Below are positions 1 through 12,929 of a DNA stretch of 64,000 bases, piece by piece (positions within the stretch are counted from its first letter, which is position 1; the number at the start of each line of letters is the position of its first letter). The position numbers and the translations under genes were made by a program. The DNA is from Epithemia pelagica (Eukaryota; Protista; Bacillariophyta): positions 868,001 through 932,000 of the forward strand of contig OX337232.1 of assembly GCA_946965045.2 (NCBI GenBank), read 5' to 3'. Below the pieces are notes generated by a model. That model made no database searches. It was not told where the DNA came from and was given only the letters and a program-made list of their open reading frames with translations.

Positions 1-3000
1 GAGAGGACATTCCCCAGCTTCGGGATCTTGCCACTCCACAAGTAATTTATCTCATGGACCTCTACCAACGGACACATGATGAAGGTCCAGATGCCAAGTT
101 TATGACGGCTCAAAAATCCAATTGGTCTCTTGTCCCACCAGAACTACGGCCATTTCAACTCCCACAAGATGTTGACAATGAGGGAGAGCCAAATGTGTTA
201 CAGCGATCTCACGAGCCATCTCATCTTCCAGACACGTCCATTGTTCCTCCCGAATTCTTGCCAATCGAGCCACCAAATGGCACACAACAAGGTGGGAAAC
301 CGAGCAGCATTGACGAAACAGACAAATTGTGCCCTGATGATGGATGCAAACCGAGTGCACTCGATTTGTCCCTTGTATGTAAACAAGTTGTTCCTCATGG
401 GGACGCCATGGATCAGGATGGAAACATGAAGCCTAGTAAAATAGAGAATGCTTTGATGCTTTGGGAGGTGAAGCTCAAAAACCTCAAACGGGTGCAAGGA
501 ATCGGGGACAAAAAGAAGAAAACCTCGTTCCAAGAGGTGGAAAAACAAGGTGATGGACCCATGCTACAAGTCCACAAAACAGTGCCCAAAGTGGACAAGG
601 CAAAGCCACAACTCAACAAGCTGGATCAACAAGTGGACAAGTCGGTAGACAAATTTAAAGAATCTGTGGACACGTCCTTACAACAAGCCATCAAGTCGAT
701 GCAAGAAGGAGGCAAGTCGTCGCAGCAAGCCAACAAGTCGATGCAAAGGGAGGACAAGTCGGTGCAAAAAATCAACAAGTCGATGCAAAACGCTGACAAA
801 TCGTTGCAAATGGGGGACAAGTCCATGCAAAAAACCGACAAGTCGATGCAAAATGATGACAAATCGTTGCGACCGGAGGACAAGTCCGTGTAAAAAACCA
901 ACAAGTCGATGCAAAATGATGACAAATCATTGCGACCAGTGGACAAGTCCATGCAAAAAACCAACAGTGCAAAAACCAACAAGTCGATGCAAAATGATGA
1001 CAACTCATTGCGACCGGTGGACAAGTCCGTGGAAAAAACCAACAAGTCAATGCAACAGGTCAACGAGTCATTGCAAAAGGGGGACAGGTCCTCGCAACGT
1101 GTCTCAATGCAAGAAGTGGACAACCTCCCATTGCCACCATTGGACATTTTCGTGCACAAATTTAACAAACCGATGCAAAATTTCGACAAATCGATACAAA
1201 AAATAGACAAATCAATGCAACAAGTTGGCAAGTCGATGCATTTCAAGACCAACATTGAGGAACCAATTACAGAATCAGATCAAGAAGTAATGATTGTTGA
1301 TGGTCCCGTCGGGAAGGATATTAAGGAACGCCTTCAGATGAGCGAGCGTAATCCATTGCTCACAACGGTACTAGATGTGCTTACAGAATCAGAGGACTAC
1401 AAGAAGGCACATCCCAAGGACAAAATCGTACAGGCTCGAGTGGAATGTATTTCTTGTCCTTTGATGGCACACCAAGATCATGTATCACTTGATATTCCAT
1501 CAAAGCATTGCCTTCGTCATTATTTTGGTCCTTCCTCAACTGCCTGCTGGTTGCCCGACATTCTGATCCATTCTTTCGGTTTGCTATGTGCTCATAGAAA
1601 CCACCACGACAACATGATTTTCTACGATGTTGCCCAGATTGTGAGCGCAAAAGATATGGAGTCTTTAAAAGATGCTGTTGGGAGACCCTCAAGTCTCCTT
1701 CAAGACAATCCCAAAGTCAATGAAATAATTGTATTGGCAACTGGGAATAGACACTACGTTGTACTCCAACTTTTGGTTGAGCAGAAACATTGTGTCGTAT
1801 ACGATGGAATGCGAACAACAAATATGAGGGGATGGTCTGATGTCACCAAAATGTTATTTTGGAAGTTTGGCATCCACAAGATGTTGAACATGGATGCTGT
1901 GTCTGTCGTTGAAAAACTGGACACATTGGCTCCAAATAGAAATTGGAGCATCTCACAGGACCCCAAGATTTGTGGTTTACAACGCGATAGTCACTCTTGT
2001 GGCCCCATAGCTATGCTCATCATTGCAAGTCTTTTTCACACAGCCAAGGATAAGGGAAGCATGCATCTCTCTCAATTTCATCCTGGAAACATGAACAAAC
2101 AACAGTGGCGAGAAAATGTCTCGAATCTTTTCAAGACATACATCGGTTTTGCATGGGGGGATCTATATTCCCAAAAGATTATTCCACTGGAACAGCGAAG
2201 GAATGTCTACGACTTCCATGTGGGGGAACAATGCAACAACTTTTTGGATGAAAAAAGCATTACCCGCAAGAAAGCGCCTTCCAATTCTGAACAACCTTCC
2301 AATTCTGAAGCCCCCACAGAAGATCAGAGCACCACTGTTCCCCTCCGTCGCTCTGCTCGCAATCTTTCGAAAAGGTGAGTATCGTTGTTCAGACCCTTAC
2401 TCATACATAAATAATAGTTTGTTCTGATCAAGAGAAAGTGATGATTTTGAGATTGTGGATGATGTACAGCTACGTATGGAAGAACGCAACTCGAAGACTG
2501 AACAAAGGCGTAATGATCAGTCTTACCAGGCTAGCAAAATGATCCGTATGAACCAAAGGCCGGGGTTTTCAGTTAACATCGGAGACCCAGTGGCTTTTTT
2601 CCCCGATGGAAGAGACAGAGCAACCCGCTCAAGGCTAGGTATTCATTGCCTTGTCATTGGAGTTTCTAGAGGAAGCTATCCTTCTATAAGAGTAATGATC
2701 CCAGAAGGAATTATTGGAGACAAGAAATTGAGAACGTCAACTTGGTTCCCACATGACAGATATAATGTGATGCATCCGTCATCTCCCTTGGGAACAGAAC
2801 GTAGGAAAATACAGACTCAGATTTTGAATTAGACCTTTGATTCTAGAAGCTACCCTATAATTCCTGTACGAGGAGCACATAGAGTGACATATAGCAGTCA
2901 ACGATCAATCAAGAAGAAACAACCTATGCTACAAAATCGAAAAGTAAAATGCAGTTGTAAAAGACTTGGAATACAATGTTCCACAGATAATTGCGGATGT

Positions 3001-3147
3001 CGAAAAGCGGGGGTCGTGTGTTCACATCACTGCAAATGTCTTGATGGCCAATGCATGAACAGGCGAATTCATGGGACAATATTGCCTGGCAATGATCCGA
3101 ATTCCATGACAGGGAGTGACGTTCCAAAGAACCACCCCACAGTATGA
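1..3147 (+). pseudogene. C-terminal part of transposase polyprotein: linker, DKSMQ heptad repeats, Ulp1/SENP (C48) peptidase, predicted intron 2375-2432, CXC domain
   Basis: ORFs 54-893 and 909-2378 are in frame across a TAA. Ulp1 triad: RHYVVL, VYDG, QRDSHSCG. GT-AG phase-2 join to 2433. Extra TAG at 2830-2832. CSCKRLGIQCSTDNCGCRKAGVVCSHHCKC. Confidence 0.8.
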
Positions 3148-4857
3148 TTGCTGCTTCCATCACGAGATTTTGAATGTTCATGTTGAGATGTGCAATGGCG
3201 CACAACCCTTCCGTCAAACAATATGGTTTTGCCATGTGTAAGTTTGATAACCAGACCATTGTACGAACGGCCATTGACTCGGAGCAAAAAATCTGGAAAT
3301 ACAAAGTACCAATCTGTAGTGGAATGTGGCGTAGTCTCTGCAAATGTAACAATACACACACTGGCATCGTTGACATCAACGTGTGACGCATTTTCCAAAT
3401 CAACACTAATCATCCATTCGCACCACCAAATTCCTCAGGAATCGTAATGCCAGATTGCTTACGCAAACTCTGAAAAAGAGATCGCACACCTGGGTATTGT
3501 TGGTCAGCCAATTCAGCAACTCCAAGACATACGGACTTGACATAATCTTTTAGCTTTTTGTTGTCTGGCAATGAAATACACTTGTTCGTCCGTTTATAGC
3601 GATCAAACATGACACCATACCCATTCATTTGTCCATAATCACCTGCATTCCGACGCGCATTCCCACGTGATGATAATGTCGTATCTCTAACGACCTCGTT
3701 CAAAGCTAGTGACAAGTCTTGGTACAAGTTGTCGGAAGACTTCAAGAAAGATACGACAATGTTTGATTGGCCTGTTGGGCGTTTATTTGCATCCAATATT
3801 GTGGTCTGAAAGGCATAAATCATTCTCTCTTTTGAACGTGGATCGTGTACATAGGCTGTGGAATCGTGCAAATTCTGATAAAGAGCTTGAGGAACATAAC
3901 GATGACATCGGACCTTGTTGGAACGTGACCGTTCAAATAGGGCCCGATAAAAAAGACGTCTGTTACATACTCCTGTAATAATGTTAGTACCAAATAATCA
4001 GGAGGGAGCAAAGGAGTGTCGTCATCAGCGTCATGAAACTGAATACTGTGAACAACCTTGGGATTCTTCATGCCCGTGATGTGATTGACCGTCCACACTT
4101 GGTTGATTTTCTTGATAAAGCTTCCCAATGCAGGCTGGCCTGTTTTGTAAACTATCCGGAGCCACGAAATTGGCAGAGGTACAAGGGATGAAGTAGTGAT
4201 TGTGCTCCCAATACCACTCTGTACCTCACTGAAAATTCTCGTCGGATCAGAAACAAAGGCAGAAGTCCAAAAAACAGATGTGTACGGGAATATGATAATA
4301 AGTGTACGGAAAATATCGTCGAACTGATCGGAACAGAGTTCTCTGGAGGTACGGGTTCTATGAACCAATTCGTAATAGGGGGACTCATCTGGAATGCGTG
4401 GCTTTTTGTGTGTCCGGGACAATACACAGTCAACCAAGAAGGCATCATGCAATTCATGAGTCAATTGCAGGGATACAGCTTCTTGAATTCGGAGAGAATG
4501 TTGACCTGGTATGGAGCTGGATGTTGATTGTAAATCAGATAGAGCCTGCCGAATATGGGGAATCAAGATGATGGGGATATCAGGTACAGATGATCTGACA
4601 GATGGGTGTGGAAAATGCTGGTTCAGTTGTTGTGTGCATTGACGCACAAAGATGACTTGGAGGAAGGATGGTAGACAGAGGGATACCATCTCTGTCAGAA
4701 GAAGATTGAAATTGTCCGTGTCAAAACAAAACAGTTCACGTTTGACAGGGTTGCAAACACTCTGGTACACATGAATGATTCCTGGAGGGCGGTTTATTCG
4801 GTTGGGGTTTCTCGTATGTTTGATCAAAGGCTTCGTCTTCTTGTTAGCCTGAGATAT
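3069..4857 (-). pseudogene. Putative TET/JBP-like 2OG-Fe(II) dioxygenase cargo gene, copy A1 (two frameshifts, start codon ATA)
   Basis: ORFs 3820-4920, 3410-3871 and 3069-3413 join into one protein. HVDVND and distal VRHCTS motifs. Collinear with the intact-frame paralog at 29043-30800. Confidence 0.6.
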
Positions 4858-5139
4858 GGTTGATTGTTCTGGAAGCAGCAATGGATGGAAAAGGAGTAGT
4901 GTCGTTGTGAGGGATAACATATGGGATGTTGAACGATGAGGATGTTGGATGAAGATCTAGGGGTTGAGGTAATCCGTGACTGAACCCGACAAATCAAATG
5001 GTCGCAGAAACATACAATCATTTGTTCCGACAAATGATTGCATTGCATTCAAATGTCTTTTGCACTCAAATGACGTGTCACAGATCCGCCAGTTCTGCCC
5101 TTCCAACAACACCACCCTTATATGCGAACCGCCCGCTTA

Positions 5140-5861
5140 GGGGGTATGTTATCGGGCGCGCGGAGCATGTGCGGAGCATGATATGGGCGGAGAAAGGCCA
5201 ATCCAACCCGGATATAAAGCTTTCCTCCGCAAAATTTACATGCGGAGTGCGGGTGGAGCAAGGTTGGAAGCAAAATCACGCGCCCACACCCACACCCCAC
5301 ACACCACACACCACACACTCAATGCGTCGAACAGTCGAAGTCTTCCGATGATGGATTTATCATGGACAAAAGAGACGACAGAGTCTATCTAGGCACTAGT
5401 ATTGTAGACAAGTACATATAGTCGGTCAACTGTTGCTGCCTTGGTCTTTCGGAGTCTTTTCCATCCACCAGGAGGTTGTGTTTCCATAGAGCATGGAAAT
5501 TGACGTGTCTTTCCATCATGAGCTCGTAGGGCCAACAGAACAACTGGTGAAATATACAATGGATACTCTAAATGATAAGTAGTCTATAAAGGGAATGATT
5601 ATTGTGTCCGGAAACCATCCCTTTGCTTGCCATCGTCTTCCTGAAGTTGCTCTTCTCTTTCCTTTTCGATTCCATAATTAAGGCGACCCATACGCGTTTC
5701 CGTGACGGTCGGGGATTTTGAGCGCGCCCGTCGCGCATGCTCCGCATCTCTACATCCGCCCACCCAAAATATAGACGCGCGGAGCATGCATCGTGGAGCA
5801 TGCATTGCTCCCCCCATATCCATGCTCCGCCCATGCTCCGCGCGCCCGATAACATACCCCC
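5140..5861. mobile_element. PIF/Harbinger-type MITE (722 bp)
   Basis: 30-bp perfect TIR gggggtatgttatcgggcgcgcggagcatg, extending imperfectly to ~48 bp. TTA on both flanks (5137-5139, 5862-5864). No transposase. Confidence 0.8.
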
Positions 5862-5975
5862 TTAGAGAAGTTTTTGTACTATACGGAGAGTCTGTGTAAA
5901 TGTAAAGTAGGATCTTATCACGTGGTGGTTTCCAAAGAAAAAAGAAAAGTCAGTCATGATGACAACATGACAATA

Positions 5976-7497
5976 CGGACTCCGGGGGCCGAAAAATTCC
6001 CCCACAATATCCCGTGTTTCACGTTCGTGAGACTTCCGGCCCTACGAGATTCATGACTCCATTCATTTTCTCGAAGTAAAATGAATTGCCCCTCATCATC
6101 CACAAGACGTTCACGTATCTCGCAGTCGTGATGAACCTTTTCACCATGACGAGGCGCTTACCCTTCCTGTGCGAGTAGTAAACAACAATCATACAAGTGC
6201 AAAATATACGACCCACTTATTAATTATAAGCCTTTATTATGTAGTCACCACCACTGCTGCTTGTTGTCATGGGTATAGGTGATGGTTTCACTTGGAGTTG
6301 GTTGTTGCATTTGTTGTCGTTGTCGCGGCACAGGATTGTCTCGTTCGGCCGAAACAAGGCGTTGATCGTTGTGTTTGTTGTAGAAACGTAGAACTGAAAG
6401 AGCCAGAGCTGGAGAGCAGTTGATTGTTGCTTTTGGTGCCATTGTCATTGTCGTGGCCCCGGATTGTTTTGTTCGGCCGAAACGATGAGTTGATTGTTGC
6501 GATGGGGGCATGCATGCTACGCGAGGCCAAAACCAGTTGGTTGTGTGGTTGGTATCTGTTGTCATGTTTGTGGGTGTCGTATCATCATTACCATCCGATG
6601 GCTTGCTCGTTGTGGCTGTTGGTTTTGTCGTCAAGATCCTCCCGCTTTTGATTGTTGCATTGGATGTTTTTGTCGTTGTGGCCAAAACGAGGAGTGGATT
6701 GTTGCATTTAGGTTTTGTTGGAGGTCTAGAGTAGTTGATTGGTGCATTGGTGCCATTGTCTTGTACCATCCAATGGATTGGTCGTGGTGGATGTTGGTTT
6801 TGTGGTCGTGGGCTTCACGTCGTTGGGAAACAAGGGTTCACTTCGCGTCCAACTCGTCGTGTGGTGCCACAAATCAGTCGCTGTCTTTGTTGTGGCTGAG
6901 GTTGTTGCGGTTGTTGCAGCCGTGATGATGGAGTCGACCCTTCACTTGCACAAGGCGGCCGGTTGTTGTTGGGTTCTTGTGGTCTCGCAACATTGAGAGA
7001 CAGTCTGTTGTTGGTGTTGTCGTTGTTGCGGCCGACTGTTTTGTTCAGACGAGAATCCTCCAGTTGATTGCCGTGTGTCCTTGCCGCTGCTCTCCCACGA
7101 CTCATCCATCCATTTAGAAGCTTCCATTGTCGTCCCTCATTGCAATCTTTGTTCATTACATCATTCTCCGACTCCAATCTTGGTAATCTTGTTGCTTCCT
7201 TCCCACCAGGATTTGGAAGACTTCAAAACCTTGCCTTCGGTCCACCAAAATGGCCAACCCATCGCCGCCCGTTCATTCCGTCACAGTACACTTGATTCTG
7301 AGGACTCCGTGGTGGTCGGAGGAGTGCTAGCACCTTTAGTTGGAGGTGCACACCGGCTTGAGTTTGCCATGTTGGTGCCATGCAGTGTATCATGACCGTG
7401 GTTTCCTAAACCACCGGCCCAGATAACTATAGACAATAGAGTACAATTATGAAAAGCACGGCTAACTGTGGGGGAATTTTTCGGCCCCCGGAGTCCG
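5976..7497. mobile_element. Tc1/mariner-type non-autonomous element (1522 bp)
   Basis: 31-bp perfect TIR cggactccgggggccgaaaaattcccccaca (5976-6006; 7467-7497), flanked by TA on both sides. Interior is low complexity with no recognisable DDE/D ORF. Confidence 0.8.
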
Positions 7498-7571
7498 TAT
7501 ACTTTGACCTTTGACCGAGTCCGTTGGATTCATCGCGCACCATCTCCCTGATCACCAAGGCCCTGGCTCCA

Positions 7572-9530
7572 ATGAGGCGGATGAGTGATCATCTTTTCCC
7601 TTGGTGGTGGTGGTGGTTGCTGCCGGTGGACGGAACCGTCAGTCGATTGATGGTTCATGTCATTCCAGCCTTTGGCTTTCGTCATGACTTGTGGTGGAAC
7701 GGTCGCCACTCTTGTTGTTCCCGGGTGCCAAGAGGTCACCCACTTGTATTCCAACTGGCAAACGATCGTGCCGGAAAGGGATCACCACCACCGTGGTGGC
7801 ACTTTCACCTTGCCAACCATCAGGAACCGGTCCTGGAATCCACCACCCTGGACAATCAGCCGAATCGGACCGCCCGAGTGGGCACCGACACACCCATGCT
7901 GCAACGACACACCCAAGGTCGCAAGGCTCAACTTCGACGCAAACCCATCCATCGTCGTCCCAAGTATTATTGGACCAATCCCACCAATCTGCGGTTCGAA
8001 TTGCACGAGTTTTGGTCCAATCCGCATGGACGAAGCACCCTTTCCCACGGAAACGACTCGGTAGGAGGAGGAACAACAACAACCGACGACGACGGCCGTG
8101 TCGTCGTGTTGATTCCCAATGAAAGTTTGTTGTGTCATTTTGGTCGTCATGATTTGCGAGCCGCCATTGCCTCCCAGGGAGGACGATCCGTCGTGGTACG
8201 TCTCTTGCACCCCGCTCGGATCATGGAAGGACAATGGCAACGTGCCATGAAACAACACTACCCACAAGTCGAACGATTGATTCAGCAACATGATACCTTG
8301 TCTCGTGATCATTCACCCTTTGCCCTTACAACAAGCAGCAGCAGCAGCAGCACCACCACCACCACCACCACAAACGATGCTACCCACAACACGACGACAC
8401 GAGCGACTGACATTCCTGCACATGCCGTTGAAGGACTGTCAGAGGACGAGCAAATGAAGGTACCACCAGATGCAACATCTATGGTATCTAGAGACTTGCC
8501 GGATTCATCCCAACTCTGGAATTCGTCCGCGTCCTCATCGGTGGCCACAACGACACCCAGCATGGCACCACACCACTCCTCACTGGCATATCCCAAATGG
8601 TCACATCAAACTGAAACTCGAAATCCCAAAGGATATTGGACGATGCAACGTGTCGTGTGTGAATTGTACGAGTATGTCGATGGCGTCCAACGGGAACAGG
8701 GTCGTCCGTGTGTGTGGATGCCACGCTTGAGTGAAATTACCGGTCGAGGACGACACGATCTGACGCAAGCCTTGCGGCGGTTGTTTCGCCCCCCGGATGA
8801 CGCTCCGCACAACAACCACAACCACCAACTGTCGTTGCATCATACCATTTGTCAACGAACGGGAATGATTCCCTACCGTGAATGGTATTACTTTGAAGGA
8901 CAATTGGAGTTACTGACATTGTTGAAGGACTATTTAGACGACTATTACGACAGTGATTATTCCATTTTCCCGGCGGTCCATGCCATGAAGAAATCACAGT
9001 GCTCCCATTACCACCACAAGTTGCATGGCCTTATTCAATATTATGGAGGAAGCAAGTTTTTGGCCGCTCGTTTCAACCTGCACATGCCGCCACCGAATGG
9101 CCATGACAATCGCCACAGCAAGACCGTGTCATTGGGGATACCGACCCTCAGTTGGGGAGCCTTTGATTTGATTTTTGCCATTCGATTGTTGAACATGGTA
9201 CGCGAGGATTTGAGTCGACAACGTCCACCTCTTTTACAATCGTCGGGAACACGAAGGATGCCCCGTATATGGATGCCGTCGCGATCGAAATTGTTGCAAT
9301 GGAAGGGGTTGCCGTCATGGACCACTGGAAGAACACCACAAGACAACGGAGAAGAAGAATATGATGATGATGAACCAGAAGACGAGTCGTCACACTCCAA
9401 GGAGGACGACGACGACAATGGTGAAGAACATGAAGGACGTTGGTTGGACGAAAAAATAATGGAATATGGAGGTTACGAAAACGTGGCTCGACGATTGGGA
9501 TTGGCAATTTTTCCATCGCAGGAATACTGA
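7572..9530 (+). CDS. Conserved hypothetical protein with repeated GYW / MPxxxE..GRxDL / YGG..VAxxLGL motifs; possibly plastid-targeted
   Basis: Single long ORF (7524-9530; first ATG 7572). Motifs RNPKGYWT (and PKYYWT), MPRLSEITGRGRHDL, YYGGSKFLAARF, EYGGYENVARRLGL. Hydrophobic N-terminus ending IPAF resembles a diatom ASAF cleavage site (inference). Confidence 0.65.
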   Translation: MRRMSDHLFPWWWWWLLPVDGTVSRLMVHVIPAFGFRHDLWWNGRHSCCSRVPRGHPLVFQLANDRAGKGSPPPWWHFHLANHQEPVLESTTLDNQPNRTARVGTDTPMLQRHTQGRKAQLRRKPIHRRPKYYWTNPTNLRFELHEFWSNPHGRSTLSHGNDSVGGGTTTTDDDGRVVVLIPNESLLCHFGRHDLRAAIASQGGRSVVVRLLHPARIMEGQWQRAMKQHYPQVERLIQQHDTLSRDHSPFALTTSSSSSSTTTTTTTNDATHNTTTRATDIPAHAVEGLSEDEQMKVPPDATSMVSRDLPDSSQLWNSSASSSVATTTPSMAPHHSSLAYPKWSHQTETRNPKGYWTMQRVVCELYEYVDGVQREQGRPCVWMPRLSEITGRGRHDLTQALRRLFRPPDDAPHNNHNHQLSLHHTICQRTGMIPYREWYYFEGQLELLTLLKDYLDDYYDSDYSIFPAVHAMKKSQCSHYHHKLHGLIQYYGGSKFLAARFNLHMPPPNGHDNRHSKTVSLGIPTLSWGAFDLIFAIRLLNMVREDLSRQRPPLLQSSGTRRMPRIWMPSRSKLLQWKGLPSWTTGRTPQDNGEEEYDDDEPEDESSHSKEDDDDNGEEHEGRWLDEKIMEYGGYENVARRLGLAIFPSQEY

Positions 9531-10801
9531 CCAGGACAAGATCTCCCTCAAGGCTTCCAAGTTTTTCTCCAACACACCAACAAAGCTGCCAGTGGTGACA
9601 TTTCCGCCAATGGAGAGACCTTCTAGGTCGCACGATGGCAGAACGAGTGTGACGACAGTGCCACCGGTGGTCGGAGTGCGTCTGACGAAGAGCGAAATGC
9701 ACGAGACGTTAAGGTCCGTGCTTGAATAGTTGACTCAACGTCGTGATCGCACTGTCCAGAGTCGCAGAGAAATGGCCAAACACACCAAGTTCTGCCCGGG
9801 TTTCTTCAACCCCTGTCCACGAAGAAGAAGAACTGGGATTTGGAACAAAGAATCGTGCCATTCGCCAACAAGAAACCAAGCATCTGACTCTAAGACTTGA
9901 TGGGTGGATTACCGACATGTTCCCCTTGGATGCTTCTAGTTCTTGTCCCGTGTCGTTGCGCTCGATCATGACACATGCCGACGAAACTGCCGACGACTAC
10001 TGGACGGGGATCCCGAGCTAATGGCCCATGCACCGCTTCGGAAGCGACCTAGTTTTGCCAGTAATCATAAGTACGCTCCTAGTTTTTCAGCGTGACACCT
10101 TGTGCCGCCGAGTTGAGGGTGTGTCTTTGGCCCGCCAAAATCCCATGGTCTAGACCACATGCCGACGACGACGCGTCGAAAGACACAGTGTGGTCTGTGA
10201 CGTCAAGTAGCTTGCTCGGACGAGAAGGGGTACGTTCTTTGGGGTCGACAAAGATCGCAAAGATACCCTTCTGGCACGTGCGTTCTGGGGTCCCATTCAA
10301 AACTTCTCGAAAGAACCGATTCTGCGGTTCTCACAACAGCGAATGAGAACACACGACAGACGGTCTTTCTACTATTCAGGGGTAAGATGGTGAAGATAAT
10401 TTATATCAACAATGGTGATTTTCCACGATGGGACACTAGGTTGTCGGAAGATTTTTTAAATTAGTCGCATAAAATTTCAAAATGGATGCCATCACTTGGC
10501 TCCTTCGTACGTCATTTCGAAAAATGACGTACTTTTGAAATCGAAAATGTCCGAATCATCTCGACACGGTCACAACCAATCAGGGAAGTTTGGTTGGTCG
10601 GCGATGGTTGGGGAAGACGAGATTGGACGGTGCTAAACTGGAAGTTGAGGAGGTCAAGAATTGAACAAACGCGTTTGTACTTGCCACAACTTTCCTGAAC
10701 ACCAGCTGTCAAAAAGACACGAGACACTGCAACACCATCCTGTCTTGCTGCAACTCTTTCCCATCAAAAAGAGAAAGACACATCAATCATCACAAACCCG
10801 A

Positions 10802-12929
10802 AAGCTTTTTATGCAATGAATGTAACTTCTTCAATACGGTACGTGCATCTTCATCATGTTCATGTTCACGTACATAGGCTCGACCTTGGTCAGTCTGGAT
10901 GATACGGACAAGAACGGAGTAAAGAAATACTTGTTGCTCTTGGAAAAGTTCTTCAGCATACTCATCATCTTTGGAAGGTGTGTACTTTAAATTTAGAACG
11001 TTGGATAGGCCTTGTGCCTTAGCTGTAGTCTTGAATACACGCCAGAATGAATCGTAGTATCGTTCATCCTTGAAAACATCATATGCAGTTGCGTCGCGCT
11101 TAGTTCCCTTTCTGAACGCCGTTAGGTCTTGTTGAGATTGGGATGCGGCAGTAACTGTACTGACAGATTTTGCAGATGACGGTGACTTCATTGGCGAGAC
11201 CAGGACTTGGCTGGGTTGTCCATTGGAAAAATCTGTGTTGATCCTCCAGACGTTGAACTCCTTCTTGGTTAGGTTCATCCAGTCGCTATTGGATAGCTCA
11301 TCTTGAATTTCATTGGTCTTGTATATGGCCCAATAGGCTAAGAGCTTGATCTGTTGTCTTGTAGGACCTTGCAGATCATGCGTCTTGTTGTTTACCTTGT
11401 ATTGGGTTAGTTTGTTCATGGATTCCTCAGTATTGGTTTGCATGTACGAGATAACATGAGTAATGTTCTCAAAACCATGGTATTTTGTCCACTTCATTTA
11501 ATAGTCAGCTCTTTCTTTGGTAAAGAATTGGCAGACAGTAAATATGATGTGGTCAAATAAGTCTGTGTTCGAGACATTGCCTTGGTTATCTTCTCCCTTA
11601 GGAGTCGTAGGTGTCTTGGGTGGTTGAAGATCCATGGTAGTATTTGATTTGTTTCATTTAATGTGCGGTGTGATACGAACCCGGATGTACCACGCATGTG
11701 CCACGTATAAAGTACCCGGATGTGTGTTATGATGTCCAAAAGGTAACCCGGATGTGCGGAACTCGGTTTTGTCTCTGGGTTGGTGTGAAAACGACTTAAA
11801 GATTTTTATTCTTGGTCTCTTCCAGACTCGTTGCGGTGATCAGGTTGAACCGGGGAGTCAGGAACAGTGGTAGTTTGCTCGTCTTGCTCGTAGTCCTCAA
11901 CAAAGTGGTTCACTGGTCAGGTGAGTATTGGGAAGGTAGTTGCATCGAGTCCTGGTGCAGCTTGAGGTCCTGGAATAGGAGAGGGTTGGTGACCCTAGCC
12001 TTAGCCAGGCTGGCCCTGTTGTTGGGTTGGGTAGCTTTGTCCTCTAACTCTTGTTTGTTGGGGTATCTCAATCTGTAATGGGCGTTGATGGGTAAGTAAG
12101 GTTCCAAATGCAACTGCAGGGAAATAAGCAGTGAGACTGTTAATCTAGTAGAATTCTTTCAAACTCATAGGGGATAATGCTCGGTAGAGCAGACAATCAG
12201 GTAGGTCACCAACCGATACAAGCTTCTCAGGGTCAGAGAAGCAAGCAAGTTGAAGTCTATCAAAAGGATAGTCGGGACACAAAAGAAGATGTGATCAATG
12301 GTGATGTTGTTAGATTGTGAGCTTTAGGACTACGGTGTGTGTTTTGATGTGCAGGTCTGGCCAGGGTGCATGACTGATATATTCATGGCGCTGACAGGAT
12401 TGGTCTGGTTGGAGTAGACATGGATATTGTGTATTGGAAGTATATGCACTTGCATATCATATACCAATGCCAACAGCTCTTGCTTTGTTGTGATATAGGT
12501 AGTTTTCTTGGCGCGTTGCTGATTGCATTTTTGGAATTGTGGGAATGGAAATATGGTCTCGCGTGATCGTGAATCGTGCTTCATTTACTTAAGCCGTTGA
12601 GTTAAGTCGTGGAGATGCGCACTCGGATAGAAGTTGCGCGCGCTTGCGAATATTGGGCGCGCACGTGTAGGGCCATAGTTCATTTCTGAGTGGTCGTTGA
12701 TAACGCGCGCATTGCGAGCATGCCATGGCCGAAATAAAAGGTCCGCGAGCATGCCGTCATTCTGTTCTCACTTTTCATGAAATGCGAAGGAATATAGGTC
12801 GATATAGCGCCAGCTAGTAGGGAACATAGGACGGCGATGGGTGGCATAGATGGTGCTTCGAAGCCTCGGGACTCGGCTAACCGATGAGATGCCGAATCTA
12901 GCCAATGGATAACGGTGAGAATCCTACTA
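10802..12929 (-). mobile_element. Truncated Copia derivative: one 784-bp LTR (12146-12929), PBS, leader and 5-prime gag only
   Basis: LTR is homologous to, and the same length as, 12994-13777. The gag fragment (ATG 11635 to ~10810, stop near 11498) is homologous to 19432 onward. Flanked by cccga at 10797-10801 and 12930-12934. Confidence 0.8.

Larger units (their letters stand above)
1..5082 (+). mobile_element. Ginger-like (rve-integrase) DNA transposon, copy A1; 5-prime part outside window
   Basis: Near-identical to 43809-48891. Ends in right TIR ...ttttgcactcaaatgacgtgtcaca (5082), followed by gatc (5083-5086). Confidence 0.85.

Noticed and set aside
626-1255. Cys/Leu-rich minus-strand ORFs (also 44464-45063, 60376-61038)
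   Set aside because: Antisense shadows of the 21-bp DKSMQ repeat.
9531-10380. Possible decayed gene downstream of the 7572-9530 CDS
   Set aside because: Only short stop-interrupted frames with no recognisable motif.
10640-10730. SWIM-like CxC...H motif (NKRVCTCHNFPEHQL) suggesting a MULE remnant
   Set aside because: Short, lacks the third Cys, and is surrounded by stops; no transposase core or TIRs found.
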